64,000 nt of DNA from a virus (Duplodnaviria > Heunggongvirae > Uroviricota > Caudoviricetes), in IMG/VR virus record IMGVR_UViG_3300006204_000004, positions 62,067 to 126,066 of that record; one strand, given 5' to 3'. The translations under genes were made by a program, and so were the position numbers. The notes beneath the pieces were generated by a model. That model ran no database searches. It was given only the letters and a program-made list of their open reading frames with translations, and had not been told where the DNA came from. Positions 20,623 through 31,298 of the stretch are shown in pieces. Position 1 is the first letter of the stretch. Every line of letters begins with the position of its first letter.

Positions 20623-21408
20623 GTGGATGCTACAAATTTTATATTTGATGGAAAAAGTTTAAGCGATTTTGGTTTTATTATATGTGAATTTAATGGGGAA
20701 ACAAATACTTCTACTCCATCAAATATTACATTCATCACCTTAAAAGTCCCTGACAATGATAGAAGAAGATTTTTATCATCTAATTATGAAGATGTAATTT
20801 CATTTGAATTTTCTATTGCTAAATATGAAAGCAAAAAAAATAATCTTTCAATAAATAGTTATGAAGACAGAGCAATAAGAAAGTGGTTATGCCGCGAAGA
20901 TGGTTTTCATGAACTTATAATCGAGCAGGATGATTTTTATAATATATACTATAATGCTCAGATTAATATAACTCCACAAATGGTTTGCGGACGAATACGT
21001 GGGTATAAGCTTACTATTACAACTGATAATGTATATGGTTATACTGAATTGTTAGAAACAGAATTTGATATAAACAGTTCTACTCAATATAATTTCTTAG
21101 CTTTATCTGACAAAGCGGACTACTTCTACCCTATCTGGGAAATTACTCCATTACAAAACGGTGATTTACATTTGAAAATTTTAGAAGATATAAATCAGAC
21201 ATATACTATTCTGAAATCTGTAAAGGCAAATTCTAAAATTACTATTGATTCTGAAAATGGAATTATTGAAGGAATAAGCCCCGATAATTTTAACTGGCAA
21301 CTACCACGGATTGTTCAAGGTTATGATGAAACACTCAATACAATCACTTCTACCCTTCCATGCCATATCAAATTAAAATACAAATTAGCGAGAAAGGTGG
21401 TGTGTTAG
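20623..21408 (+). CDS. Distal tail protein (Dit, siphovirus tail component)
   Basis: 261 aa, sits between the TMP and Tal. N-terminus is typical of Sipho_tail proteins. Confidence 0.6.
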   Translation: MDATNFIFDGKSLSDFGFIICEFNGETNTSTPSNITFITLKVPDNDRRRFLSSNYEDVISFEFSIAKYESKKNNLSINSYEDRAIRKWLCREDGFHELIIEQDDFYNIYYNAQINITPQMVCGRIRGYKLTITTDNVYGYTELLETEFDINSSTQYNFLALSDKADYFYPIWEITPLQNGDLHLKILEDINQTYTILKSVKANSKITIDSENGIIEGISPDNFNWQLPRIVQGYDETLNTITSTLPCHIKLKYKLARKVVC

Positions 21409-21471
21409 ATAAAGACTCCTAAAACAATTATAAAAACTAATCCAATTACTCACCGAATTGAGTCTCCTACT

Positions 21472-24400
21472 ATGTTATTAAAAAAAAGAAATGGCAATGT
21501 GATTGGAAGAATTAATTATAACAATCTTCAAATGTCCATATCTGGTTCAACATTTGATAACATAAAATTTAGCGTGTATAAAGAAATTGATGAGAAAACT
21601 TGTACATTCTGGAATGAAATTATAGACTTGAAAATTGTAGATGTTGTAGGATATGGGCAATTTGAAATATACATAGAAAAAGATACTGATCAAAATATTG
21701 TCAAGAAAATTGATGGGTACTCTCTTGAAACTGAACTTACTCAAATTCCTTTATATGATCTACATATAAATGACGATGATTATTTTAATTATGCATCACA
21801 GGAAGAAATAAACTTAGATTCTTATGGAAATATCAAGCCAATTAAATTCTATAATCCTTCTGATCCAAATCACAGTCTATTACATTTACTTCTAATGGAT
21901 AAAGCATGTCACTGGAGCCTTGGAGTAGTCCCTGAATATATCACCGTTACAAATAATGGAAAACAATCAAAAGAATTGTCCACATCATTTCAAAGAACAT
22001 TTACTATTGACGGGCAGAATATTTATGATTTCCTTGTAGGCGATCTAGCAAATGAAGCTAACTTAGTATACACATTTGATACCTATAATCGGAGAATAAA
22101 TATCTATGATAAATACAGTATTGGTGAAGATACCAATGTATTTATTAACACAAGAAATCTTGCTAGTGATATCAGCATTGATGATAATTCTGAATCCTTA
22201 AAAAATTGTTTTCGTGTAGCTGGCGGAGATGATGTTATAACGAATTACTTATCAGCTATCAACCTTACTGGTAATTATATTTGGGGATTCAGTGATTTAC
22301 AATATAAAGATATGCCAGAAGGATTAGTAAATGCTATCAAGTCATATCAAACATTAAAAAATACTTTGAGTGATGACTATTATGGTGGGTACGATGTATT
22401 CAATCAACTTCTCTTAGAAGGAAAATCTGTAAATACTATTTTGATATTCGATGGAAATGTAAATTCATATTCTAGCTTACCTTCTGCTTCTGGTAAAACG
22501 GGTCATTATTATTATGTAAGTAATGAAAATAAATACTATGTGAGTAATGGTACTTCATGGATAAGATGTGGTACATTTACAAGATTATGTTCTGCTTATG
22601 ACTATTTATCATATTTAGAAAGTTCTATGATGCCAAATGTTTCTCTTAGAACAACAAACGCACAGGAACAGGCTGGCAGAATTGAACGTGACCTTATAAA
22701 TACTCAAGTTGCTGTGCAAAATATGTCCATCTACTCTCCTACTTCATTTACAGGTGTAACAAATAACGTTGTAGCATATTGCAAGGTGATTATAGACAAT
22801 CGTTATACTGTTGAATCCATAGATGATATTACAAATAATTACCCAAGATACAATGGAAACACATGGACAGGAAAACTTCGTATTTATCGCACAACTGATA
22901 AAAACGATACAAGCATTATTACCGTATCTGTGAGAATTAACGACGATGAATTAAATTTTGCTAAGCAAAAAATATTAAAAGCTATAGCAAAAAATGAGAT
23001 GGCTGAAGTTGATCAGGATGTATTGGCTTATACTACTTCTGCTGATTATGGAAAATTAATTGCATATTTTCAAAAATATAGTTTGAATAGGTTGAAATCA
23101 TTTTATGATGGCTATGAAAACTGTCTTTCAATACTTATGTCATTTCAATCTTCTGCGAAAGATACATCTGCTTTTAATACTATCTATACAACTTACAGAC
23201 TACGAAGAGACGCAGTTTATGAAGTATACAAAATTCGAGAACAGGAAGTAAAAAAACAAAAACAATTAATCGAGCAAATTGAATCCGAAAAGAATGCAAT
23301 TCAATCACAGCTAGATTTTAAAACGTATCTTGACAATATAGATTCTTCATATTGGAAGTTATTTAATTCATATAGACGTGAAGACACCTATCAAAATAAT
23401 AATTATGTTTCTGATGGTCTAACTGATGGACAAATTCTGGCGAAATGCAAAGAATTACTTGATTATGCAAATTATCAATTAGGTATGGCATGTCAATTAC
23501 AAAGAACATGTTCCATCACTCTGAGTAATCTTCTCATTATGGATGAGTTTAAACCATTCTGGGATAAATTCCAAATTTACAATTATATTCGTGTATCAAA
23601 CGACGATGAGATTTTAAAGCTTCGTCTTATACAGATAGATATTGATTTTAATGCAATAGAACAATTGAATGTCACATTTGCAGAAAATATAAGTGGTAAT
23701 GGAAATATTGCAAGCGATATCGCTGATATTATTAAGCAGACTGGTTCAATGGCTTCATCATATAATTCTATCAAACAACAATCATTCCAGGGTAATAAAG
23801 CATTTAATGAAGTTGGAAAATGGTATGCTGATGGATTGATTGCAGCAAAAACTACAATTTCAAATTCAGATAATAATGAAGTCACATTTGGAAGTTATGG
23901 TATAAATTTAAAAGACATGACTGAAGAAGGTAATTATGGTGATTGGCAAACTAGACTTATAGGACAGGGGATATATTTCACAAATGATAACTGGAAAACT
24001 GTATATGCTGCATTAGGATCAATCTATATTGACGGAAATCGTACAACTGGACTTATTGCTGAAAATCTTATTGGCAAACTAATTGCTGGACAAACATTAT
24101 ATATTACAAATGAAAGTGGTTCATTTTTACTTTCGGGAAATACAGCAAAGTTTACTGATATAACTATTGATTATCAGGATAAAAATGGAAATCGTGTTAA
24201 AATTGGTGGGGCATCTGATAGAATCTTTTCCATATCCCATAATGGAAATGAAGTTCTATATTTTAATAATGTTTCTAATAAAATGGTTATGACTGGTACT
24301 CTTCAAGGATGTGATGGTGATTTTAGTGGGACATTGAATGCTTGTCATATGTCTGCAAGTACAATAACAGGTAGTACAATTTCTGCTAATGATTTGATTG

Positions 24401-25812
24401 GAAATAAAATCTCTGGTGGAAGTATCATTATTGGAAATAATTTTTCTGTTGATACAGGTGGAAATATGAAAGCCACTAATGCAAATTTCACTGGCACTAT
24501 TCATGCAGGGACTGCTATTTATAGCCCAAGCATAAATGGCGGATCAATTTCTGGTACTTCTATCAATATAAATAATCGTTTTATTGTAGATTCAAATGGA
24601 AATATGAGTGCTACACATGGTTCTTTCACTGGAACAATTAATGCTGGAACCTCTATTAATTCACCTAGCATAAATGGTGGAACCATTAATGGAACGTCTA
24701 TTAATATTGGTAACGGAAAATTTACGGTAGATACAAATGGCAACGTATACGCAGCTATGGGTACATTTTCAGGGACTATTTATGCAGATGCTGGATATTT
24801 TAAAGGAGATCTTACAGGTTGTCGTGGGATCTTTAGTGATAAAGTAATTGGTGCAGATGTACAAGCAAAAACATTTAGTCTTTGGAATTATGATACAAAT
24901 ACATATGAAACTGTCATTTCTTCAAAAAGAAAAACATCTTGGGTATACAGTAACAAAGGATATAACTTACCAAATGTAAGCGGTGTATGCGCGAATATCC
25001 TTGGTACAGAAATGTTTCGTGACGGTTCTGGAAAAGCATGTATTGATACAAATAATTTATACGTTGATAATATTTATGTCCCTTTTGAACTGGGAACATC
25101 GAATGGTACTAATAATTCCAGAGTTTACTATATGAATGGTAGCGTTGATAATTTTGGAATTCCTTCTGCTGGATGGGTAAAAAATTTTGTCAGAGTAAAA
25201 AATATCAGCATTGGAAATAACGATTATCGATATTCAAGTGGAAATTATACAAATGGTGATATAATTCTTCGGTTTGGAGCTAATGGTAAAGCCACAGATC
25301 ATTATGATGCTGTTGATGTACCTTCCATAGATTACGTACAAAATTATACACAAGGATATGTCGATGCCCATGCTGATACAAGTTCAGATATAAGATTAAA
25401 AAACAACATTAAAGACTTAGAAGATATTTCAAAACTTTATATGAAACTAAGACCTGTTAGCTATAAATACAAAAATGGTTTATATCCTCATAAGCCTGAT
25501 AATATAGAATTTGGTCTGGAGGCAGATAAAGTTGCAGATTTATTTCCATGTAGCAAATATAATATTGCTTGGAGGTCAAAAAAGCTTTCAGAAGAAGAAC
25601 GTTTTTATTGTCATGATTATGCATATCGTGTTGATTATAAGTCTATTGGAATTATGACAATACAAATGGTTCAGAATCAACAAAAAGAAATAGAGAAATT
25701 AAAAAATACACATTGTGATTTTAAAAATATAATTTCATCATTACAATGTGAAAATTCTATATTAAAGCAGCGCATAGAAAGATTGGAGGATTTAATAAAT
25801 GTTACAAATTAA
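21472..25812 (+). CDS. Tail-associated lysin/fibre protein (Tal) with C-terminal intramolecular chaperone (peptidase S74) domain
   Basis: N-terminal prophage-tail endopeptidase-like region. Gly/Ser/Thr-rich fibre repeats (GTINAGTSINSPSINGG...). C-terminal SSDIRLKNNIKDL...IEFGLEADKV autoproteolytic chaperone motif at nt ~25380-25800. Confidence 0.75.
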   Translation: MLLKKRNGNVIGRINYNNLQMSISGSTFDNIKFSVYKEIDEKTCTFWNEIIDLKIVDVVGYGQFEIYIEKDTDQNIVKKIDGYSLETELTQIPLYDLHINDDDYFNYASQEEINLDSYGNIKPIKFYNPSDPNHSLLHLLLMDKACHWSLGVVPEYITVTNNGKQSKELSTSFQRTFTIDGQNIYDFLVGDLANEANLVYTFDTYNRRINIYDKYSIGEDTNVFINTRNLASDISIDDNSESLKNCFRVAGGDDVITNYLSAINLTGNYIWGFSDLQYKDMPEGLVNAIKSYQTLKNTLSDDYYGGYDVFNQLLLEGKSVNTILIFDGNVNSYSSLPSASGKTGHYYYVSNENKYYVSNGTSWIRCGTFTRLCSAYDYLSYLESSMMPNVSLRTTNAQEQAGRIERDLINTQVAVQNMSIYSPTSFTGVTNNVVAYCKVIIDNRYTVESIDDITNNYPRYNGNTWTGKLRIYRTTDKNDTSIITVSVRINDDELNFAKQKILKAIAKNEMAEVDQDVLAYTTSADYGKLIAYFQKYSLNRLKSFYDGYENCLSILMSFQSSAKDTSAFNTIYTTYRLRRDAVYEVYKIREQEVKKQKQLIEQIESEKNAIQSQLDFKTYLDNIDSSYWKLFNSYRREDTYQNNNYVSDGLTDGQILAKCKELLDYANYQLGMACQLQRTCSITLSNLLIMDEFKPFWDKFQIYNYIRVSNDDEILKLRLIQIDIDFNAIEQLNVTFAENISGNGNIASDIADIIKQTGSMASSYNSIKQQSFQGNKAFNEVGKWYADGLIAAKTTISNSDNNEVTFGSYGINLKDMTEEGNYGDWQTRLIGQGIYFTNDNWKTVYAALGSIYIDGNRTTGLIAENLIGKLIAGQTLYITNESGSFLLSGNTAKFTDITIDYQDKNGNRVKIGGASDRIFSISHNGNEVLYFNNVSNKMVMTGTLQGCDGDFSGTLNACHMSASTITGSTISANDLIGNKISGGSIIIGNNFSVDTGGNMKATNANFTGTIHAGTAIYSPSINGGSISGTSININNRFIVDSNGNMSATHGSFTGTINAGTSINSPSINGGTINGTSINIGNGKFTVDTNGNVYAAMGTFSGTIYADAGYFKGDLTGCRGIFSDKVIGADVQAKTFSLWNYDTNTYETVISSKRKTSWVYSNKGYNLPNVSGVCANILGTEMFRDGSGKACIDTNNLYVDNIYVPFELGTSNGTNNSRVYYMNGSVDNFGIPSAGWVKNFVRVKNISIGNNDYRYSSGNYTNGDIILRFGANGKATDHYDAVDVPSIDYVQNYTQGYVDAHADTSSDIRLKNNIKDLEDISKLYMKLRPVSYKYKNGLYPHKPDNIEFGLEADKVADLFPCSKYNIAWRSKKLSEEERFYCHDYAYRVDYKSIGIMTIQMVQNQQKEIEKLKNTHCDFKNIISSLQCENSILKQRIERLEDLINVTN

Positions 25813-26047
25813 TAAAAGTATTTCGGTTACTGGTATCAGTTTAAAAGAACTGGAAGAAAATGGGACTAAAGTCACAAGGCATATTGCATATATGAATGCG
25901 AATATACCAGACAAGGGAGATTTTAGTATTAATAAATCTATTCAGGATAGAGAATTATTTGATAAATATAGCGTAGAAGTAATTAAGGATTTTAATGATT
26001 TTGAAAAACAAGTTTATGAATTATCGAAAGGAATGAATAATGAGTAA
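25799..26047 (+). CDS. Hypothetical phage protein
   Basis: Overlapping start-stop coupling with neighbouring genes. Confidence 0.4.
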   Translation: MLQINKSISVTGISLKELEENGTKVTRHIAYMNANIPDKGDFSINKSIQDRELFDKYSVEVIKDFNDFEKQVYELSKGMNNE

Positions 26048-26273
26048 AATGAATGAAAATACAGAAAAGAAAAATTTAATTACTACAAACATTGTGATAG
26101 AAGATGTAAGACAGCAACTTTTTAATATTATAAGCAATAGTGGACTTCCATCCTCTATTCAGGAATTAATTGCAAAGGATTTTTATTTACAAGTAAGAGA
26201 TGCCTCTATTCAAATTTATAATATGGAAAAAGCAAAATATGAAGAATCTTTGAAAGAATCTACTGCAAAATAA
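26040..26273 (+). CDS. Hypothetical phage protein
   Basis: Coupled to the upstream ORF. Confidence 0.4.
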   Translation: MSKMNENTEKKNLITTNIVIEDVRQQLFNIISNSGLPSSIQELIAKDFYLQVRDASIQIYNMEKAKYEESLKESTAK

Positions 26274-26310
26274 AAGTTAGATTCTTTTATTTTGCAGAAA
26301 GGAGGTTCTA

Positions 26311-27483
26311 TTGGGTCTTCAAGATAATGTTCAAAAAGTTACACTTGATTTTAATAATCCAAATATAAAGACTCTACGTTTTCATCAGTATGACAAAGAC
26401 GCACGAAAAATTGTAATTACATTCACTAATCTTGGACAAACTGTTCCTATTGACGCTTCAACTACAGAAGCTAGAATAAAATGGTTAAAGCCAGATGGAT
26501 ATCCCGTATTTAATGACGCTATTATCAATACTGATGGAACAGTTACTGTAATATGTACAGAACAGATGTTAATTGCGGATGGCATCGGTCATGCAGAAAT
26601 CATGCTTCTTGAAAAATCTTCTGAAAAAGTCCTGCATTCTATGCCTGTGAAAGCTGTTATTCAAAAATCTGTCTATTGTCATTGCAAATTGACTTCAACA
26701 GCAGAATTTGATGCATTAGTTCATATTCTTTTAAAAATACGAGAAGCTGAAAGAATTATTGAAAAATTCCCAGAATGGGAAGCTGCTGAAAATGCACGAA
26801 AACAAGCTGAACTTGCAAGAGAACAGGCTGAAAAAGAAAGAGAAAAAAATACTGCTATCGCAATTGCAAATGCTAACACTGCCGCTGACAATGCAAATAA
26901 TGCTGCTATAAAAGCAAACACTGCAACTATTAATGCCAATAATGCTGCTAACAAAGCTAATACCGCTGCTTCAAATGCAAATAATGCTGCCAATAATGCA
27001 AATAATGCTGCAATTAATGCGGATGATGCTGCCAATAATGCAATTCAAGCAACTCAAGATGCAAATAATGCAATAGACAAAATGAATCACAAACTTGCTG
27101 AAGCACAAGGCGTTATAAATGAAGCAAGACAAGCAATTATAGATATCAGCAATACAGAACAAGACATAAAAGATGCAGAAGCAGATCGTGTGAATGCTGA
27201 AAATAAAAGACAACAAGACTTTGATAAAAAAATGAATGACGCAGATCAAAAAATAAATGAAATGAATAAATTAATTGATGATTGTTCAGATGCTTTAGAA
27301 AATGCTACTGATGCTCTCGACAGAGCCGATAAAGCAAACGATACTGCGGATGAAACGATAGAAAAACTTAAAGTTGCTATTGAGTCTATCAAAGATTATA
27401 AAGGGAATCAGACAATCATATCTGTTACTCAGCCAGAGAGTCAAGATATTGATGATATATGGTTTATAGAAACCGAACGATAA
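26311..27483 (+). CDS. BppU-like baseplate/fibre protein with Ala/Asn-rich coiled-coil repeats
   Basis: N-terminus (KTLRFHQYDKDARKIVITF...) resembles the BppU N-terminal domain. TTG start with GGAGG 5 nt upstream. C-terminal motif TQPESQDIDDIWFIE. Confidence 0.55.
   Translation: MGLQDNVQKVTLDFNNPNIKTLRFHQYDKDARKIVITFTNLGQTVPIDASTTEARIKWLKPDGYPVFNDAIINTDGTVTVICTEQMLIADGIGHAEIMLLEKSSEKVLHSMPVKAVIQKSVYCHCKLTSTAEFDALVHILLKIREAERIIEKFPEWEAAENARKQAELAREQAEKEREKNTAIAIANANTAADNANNAAIKANTATINANNAANKANTAASNANNAANNANNAAINADDAANNAIQATQDANNAIDKMNHKLAEAQGVINEARQAIIDISNTEQDIKDAEADRVNAENKRQQDFDKKMNDADQKINEMNKLIDDCSDALENATDALDRADKANDTADETIEKLKVAIESIKDYKGNQTIISVTQPESQDIDDIWFIETER
26845..27060 (+). repeat. In-frame tandem coding repeats (NANNAA(I/N)KANTA... 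units)
   Basis: Repeated AATGC(A/T)AATAATGCTGC units. The antisense Ala-rich ORF 26721..27035 is their mirror image. Confidence 0.5.
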
Positions 27484-27507
27484 TTTTAGAAAGGAGAATT
27501 TATATTT

Positions 27508-28185
27508 ATGGGTTATAAATGGATAAAAGAAAATAAAATTTATTCATACACACCTAAAAAATTTCAATGTGACTTTTTAAGTGATATTGGAAAACTACCA
27601 ACTTCAAAAAGAATTGGTGAAAAGCAAGAAGAAGATACCATAAGTGATAACCCATGTGCCCCTGGATCAGAATGTTTTTGTTTTGAAGATGGCTCCATTT
27701 GGCTTCTTGGAATTGAAACAGACACATGGATAAAAGTTGGATTTAAATATGGAAGTTCCTCTGGAAATGGCGGATCAAGCAACCAGAATATTACAAGCTA
27801 CAATCAATTAAACGATATTCCATTAAAAAATCTAACGGGACATACGTCTACTCCACTTATCTTATCGAATTTGCAACCAGGAATTTATAAAATTACTGGA
27901 AACTATTCTGTAATTGCTAATTCTAAAAGCATGTCAGCGGATGCATGTGGAAATATCTTTATGATATCAAATGGAAAAATAATGGAACTTTCTTCTAAAG
28001 GTGTTACATTATTTGATCTTAAATCAGATGGAACATATACTACCGAATCCTATGCAACTGTTAGCAATATTTCTACAGAAATATTAAAACAACTAAATAG
28101 TGATAATTTCAACTTACAAATTGAAAATATAGTAAATCAAAATCTATCCTATGCAACAAATGTTGATATAGATAGTTTATTTTAA
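27508..28185 (+). CDS. Hypothetical phage structural protein
   Basis: Lies in the tail/fibre block. Confidence 0.4.
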   Translation: MGYKWIKENKIYSYTPKKFQCDFLSDIGKLPTSKRIGEKQEEDTISDNPCAPGSECFCFEDGSIWLLGIETDTWIKVGFKYGSSSGNGGSSNQNITSYNQLNDIPLKNLTGHTSTPLILSNLQPGIYKITGNYSVIANSKSMSADACGNIFMISNGKIMELSSKGVTLFDLKSDGTYTTESYATVSNISTEILKQLNSDNFNLQIENIVNQNLSYATNVDIDSLF

Positions 28186-28217
28186 TTAAAATTTATATTA
28201 AAAGGAGAAAAAATTTT

Positions 28218-29180
28218 ATGGCAAACACAACTAATTCTAAAACACTGGTAACATTTGACAACTTAACACGTTATGATGAGAAAATCAAAACCAAAATGGC
28301 TACAGATGATGCTACAACTCTGGCTTCTGCCAAAACATACGCTGATAGCCTTGCTGATAATTATGATGCATCTGGCACAGCCGAAGCAAAAGTTAAAGAG
28401 CTTGCGGATGGCGCAGTCAAAACAAACACTGACGCAATTGCAAAATTAAATGGCAATGATACTGTCGAAGGTTCCGTTGATAAGAAAATTAAGGATGCAG
28501 CAACTGCTCTTAAAGGAGAAATTTCTGCATCTGCATATGATGATACCGCACTTAAAGGAAGGGTTTCTGCAAATGAAACGGCTATCGCTGCGCTTGTAGG
28601 AAGTGGTGAAGGTTCCGTTGATAAGAAAGTTGCTGATGCTGTTGCAAAAATTGTAGCTGATGCACCTGAAGCATATGATACTTTAAAAGAAATTGCTGAT
28701 TGGATCGCATCTCATACAACAGACGCTACAGCAATGAATACTCAGATTAATACTAATAAGGACGATATCGCCACTCTGAAAGGTTTGGTTACTCAGCTTC
28801 CTGAAGGTAGTGAATCTGAAACTCTCATTGAATACATTGAAGAAAAACTTACTGATCTTAAAACAGAACTGACAACTGCAATTGCAACAGCAAAAACAGA
28901 AGCTATTACAACGGCTGGTACAAATGCAGATACTAAAATTGCTGACAAAGTTGGTGAAATTGGTACAGGTACTGTCAAGGATTATATTGATAATGCAAAA
29001 TCCGAAGCAATTACTTCTGCTACTGCTGACGCAACTAGTAAAGCAAACCAAGCTCTTGCAGACGCAAAAGAATATACAGACACATTAGCAGATCGTGTAA
29101 CGGATCTTGAAGAAAGACCTACATATGGCGAAGCTACCGATGAGGATATTGATTCTCTATTCCCAAATCTTGGGGTGTAA
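28218..29180 (+). CDS. Ala/Thr-rich coiled-coil fibre-like protein
   Basis: Internal repeat EGSVDKK(I/V)..A. Helical low-complexity sequence typical of fibre shafts. Confidence 0.45.
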   Translation: MANTTNSKTLVTFDNLTRYDEKIKTKMATDDATTLASAKTYADSLADNYDASGTAEAKVKELADGAVKTNTDAIAKLNGNDTVEGSVDKKIKDAATALKGEISASAYDDTALKGRVSANETAIAALVGSGEGSVDKKVADAVAKIVADAPEAYDTLKEIADWIASHTTDATAMNTQINTNKDDIATLKGLVTQLPEGSESETLIEYIEEKLTDLKTELTTAIATAKTEAITTAGTNADTKIADKVGEIGTGTVKDYIDNAKSEAITSATADATSKANQALADAKEYTDTLADRVTDLEERPTYGEATDEDIDSLFPNLGV

Positions 29181-29200
29181 TGTAGTTGTCAAATAAAAGA

Positions 29201-29240
29201 CACATTTTAAGGACGTGCTGCTCACTTCACACGTCCTTAT
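29201..29240 (+). terminator. Rho-independent terminator
   Basis: AAGGACGTG-ctgctcactt-CACACGTCCTT followed by ATTTT. Confidence 0.5.
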
Positions 29241-29272
29241 TTTAAGAAATTAAGGAGGGTATTTGAGATAGT

Positions 29273-29473
29273 ATGGCAACCACCATTAAGATTATAACAT
29301 TCAAAAATCTCGACAAAACTGTGAAAAATATGTATAGAGCGTTCGCTCCGATATCAATTGAAGAAAAAATAGTAAATACAGAAATTTCACCTACTCAACC
29401 AGAAGATCAAGATATTGGAGATATTTGGTTTATAGAAAATACTGAGAGGGTAATTCCTACGAATAAAATATAG
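29273..29473 (+). CDS. Small protein sharing C-terminal motif TQPEDQDIGDIWFIE with the BppU-like protein
   Basis: 66 aa. Near-identical 15-aa motif to the C-terminus of the 26311 protein. Confidence 0.4.
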   Translation: MATTIKIITFKNLDKTVKNMYRAFAPISIEEKIVNTEISPTQPEDQDIGDIWFIENTERVIPTNKI

Positions 29474-29522
29474 TAACCAACAATAAATATCTTAGATAAT
29501 ATACATAGAAAGGAAATATATA

Positions 29523-31187
29523 ATGTCTGCAAAAACAAAAAGACCAAATACGATAAAATATATGGGCAAGAAAATTGCAAACAATGGTGATGAAAATGAT
29601 TATTCAAAAACACCTATTGGTGCTGATTCTGATAATGTTGATCGACCAGATAATAGTACTGTTGAAGAATCTCTTGTCAAAATTGAAACGGAAAAAGTTG
29701 AAATTATTCCTGTAGAAGTTCTTCCAGAATCAAATATTAAAGTATATCCATACATCTATGCTTTAGTTAAGCCAAGTGAATCAAAAGGCATTCTTTATGA
29801 GTATAAAAATGATCGCTGGATTAATTATAGTAATGGTGCAAAAGGAATTTGGGTTGGAACAAAGGAAGAATGTGTTAAAGATTTTAATAATATAGAATCA
29901 GGAACAATTGTAATTATTATAAAAAAGAAATCAGATAGTGGTGAAACTCATACACATGACTATGTATGTCAGATTACTAAAGAGCCAACATATTCACAAT
30001 CAGGGATTAAAACTTATACTTGCTTTTTATGTGGGGATACCTACACAGAAGAAATTCCTGCGCTTATCGATAGTATTAATCCAGCAGGCGTAATTAGAAT
30101 TGGAGACAATGAATATGCAACATGGAAAGATACTATTTCATTTGATAGTTATTATAAAGATGATCAGACTGTTACGATTGAAGCCACTGATAATGAAACA
30201 GGTGTAAAAGAAATTTCTTATTACTTATCAAATACTGCCATAAATGATTCATCTATTGGCACAGTTACTTGGACATCATATACTGATCCATTTACAATCC
30301 AACCAAATGATAATTATATTGTGTATGCACGCATAACAGACAATGCAGATAATGTAACCTATATCTGTTCCGATGGTATTGTAATGGATAACATTCCACC
30401 TGTGTTTGAAGGACTAGAAGATGGCGGTATCTACCCTGCTGGCACTGTTCTAACTGTTGAGGAAGGCGCTACCCTATCTGTCAATGATGAGGTTGTAGAA
30501 CTTGTAAATAATTCCTATACGTTTACAGAACCGATGGATAATATTAGATTATCCATTACTGATAGAGCTGGAAATGCCAATTTTATAAGTATTGTAGTCG
30601 AAAATACTAATATCGGCACAGCACCTAAAGAAGAAATCCTAAATTGGGAATATTCACTCGACAAAAATTATAAAACCATTACATTGAAAAAATTTAAAAG
30701 GTATGATGTAACAGATGTAAGAATATACGGAAGTTATGATATAGATGGGGATATATATGCTACTAGATTAAATTCTGAAGTGGAATATACAAGTGATGGA
30801 CTATTTTCTTCAAAGATAGATTTGAAAACAGTTACTTTTAATGATGATGTTGATACACGTAACGTGACAAATATATCTGCAATGTTTTATAATTGTTTTT
30901 CATTAGAAAGTGTTAATTTTGGTAAGAACTTTACTACAGACAAAGTTGAGAGAATGGCATATATGTTTCATGGCTGTTCGTCTCTAAAATCATTGGATTT
31001 AACAAATTTTAATAACGCAATTGCAAAAAATACTTACAATGGACATTTATTAATGTTTGGTAAATGCAATAATTTATCAGCGATATATGTATCAAGAGAT
31101 AAATGGTCAGAAGATATAAGGCAAGATGCTGGGAAAAATAATATGTTCTCTGAATGTGGAGTATCTAATGTAACTTATGTCGATTAA
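29523..31187 (+). CDS. Receptor-binding/tail-fibre protein: Ig-like and Cys-rich repeat region plus C-terminal BspA-type leucine-rich-repeat cassette A (expressed copy)
   Basis: LRR_5/BspA-type repeats (NISAMFYNCFSLESVNFG..., AYMFHGCSSLKSLDL...). The constant region contains the inversion crossover sites at 30537-30594. Confidence 0.65.
   Translation: MSAKTKRPNTIKYMGKKIANNGDENDYSKTPIGADSDNVDRPDNSTVEESLVKIETEKVEIIPVEVLPESNIKVYPYIYALVKPSESKGILYEYKNDRWINYSNGAKGIWVGTKEECVKDFNNIESGTIVIIIKKKSDSGETHTHDYVCQITKEPTYSQSGIKTYTCFLCGDTYTEEIPALIDSINPAGVIRIGDNEYATWKDTISFDSYYKDDQTVTIEATDNETGVKEISYYLSNTAINDSSIGTVTWTSYTDPFTIQPNDNYIVYARITDNADNVTYICSDGIVMDNIPPVFEGLEDGGIYPAGTVLTVEEGATLSVNDEVVELVNNSYTFTEPMDNIRLSITDRAGNANFISIVVENTNIGTAPKEEILNWEYSLDKNYKTITLKKFKRYDVTDVRIYGSYDIDGDIYATRLNSEVEYTSDGLFSSKIDLKTVTFNDDVDTRNVTNISAMFYNCFSLESVNFGKNFTTDKVERMAYMFHGCSSLKSLDLTNFNNAIAKNTYNGHLLMFGKCNNLSAIYVSRDKWSEDIRQDAGKNNMFSECGVSNVTYVD
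30537..30594 (+). repeat. Inversion crossover sites R1 (30537-30575, 39 bp) and R2 (30572-30594, 23 bp) inside the fibre gene
   Basis: R1 matches the reverse complement at 33868-33906 (37/39). R2 matches the reverse complement at 32141-32163 (23/23). Homology to the inverted cassettes stops exactly at these sites. Confidence 0.7.
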
Positions 31188-31219
31188 CGAAATAAATTTC
31201 TCATTTACAGAAAATATAT

Positions 31220-31280
31220 CTTCCATCTTAGATGATTAATAGATTGAATTTTTATCTTGAATAATCATCTAAGATGGAAG
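31220..31280. terminator. Bidirectional hairpin between convergent cassettes A and B
   Basis: Perfect 19-bp inverted repeat CTTCCATCTTAGATGATTA ... TAATCATCTAAGATGGAAG with a 23-nt loop. Confidence 0.55.
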
Positions 31281-31298
31281 CATAGGAATATTTTTATT

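Noticed and set aside
26721-27249. Ala/Leu-rich minus-strand ORFs (104 and 92 aa) inside the BppU-like gene
   Set aside because: They are the antisense reading of the Ala/Asn coding repeats.
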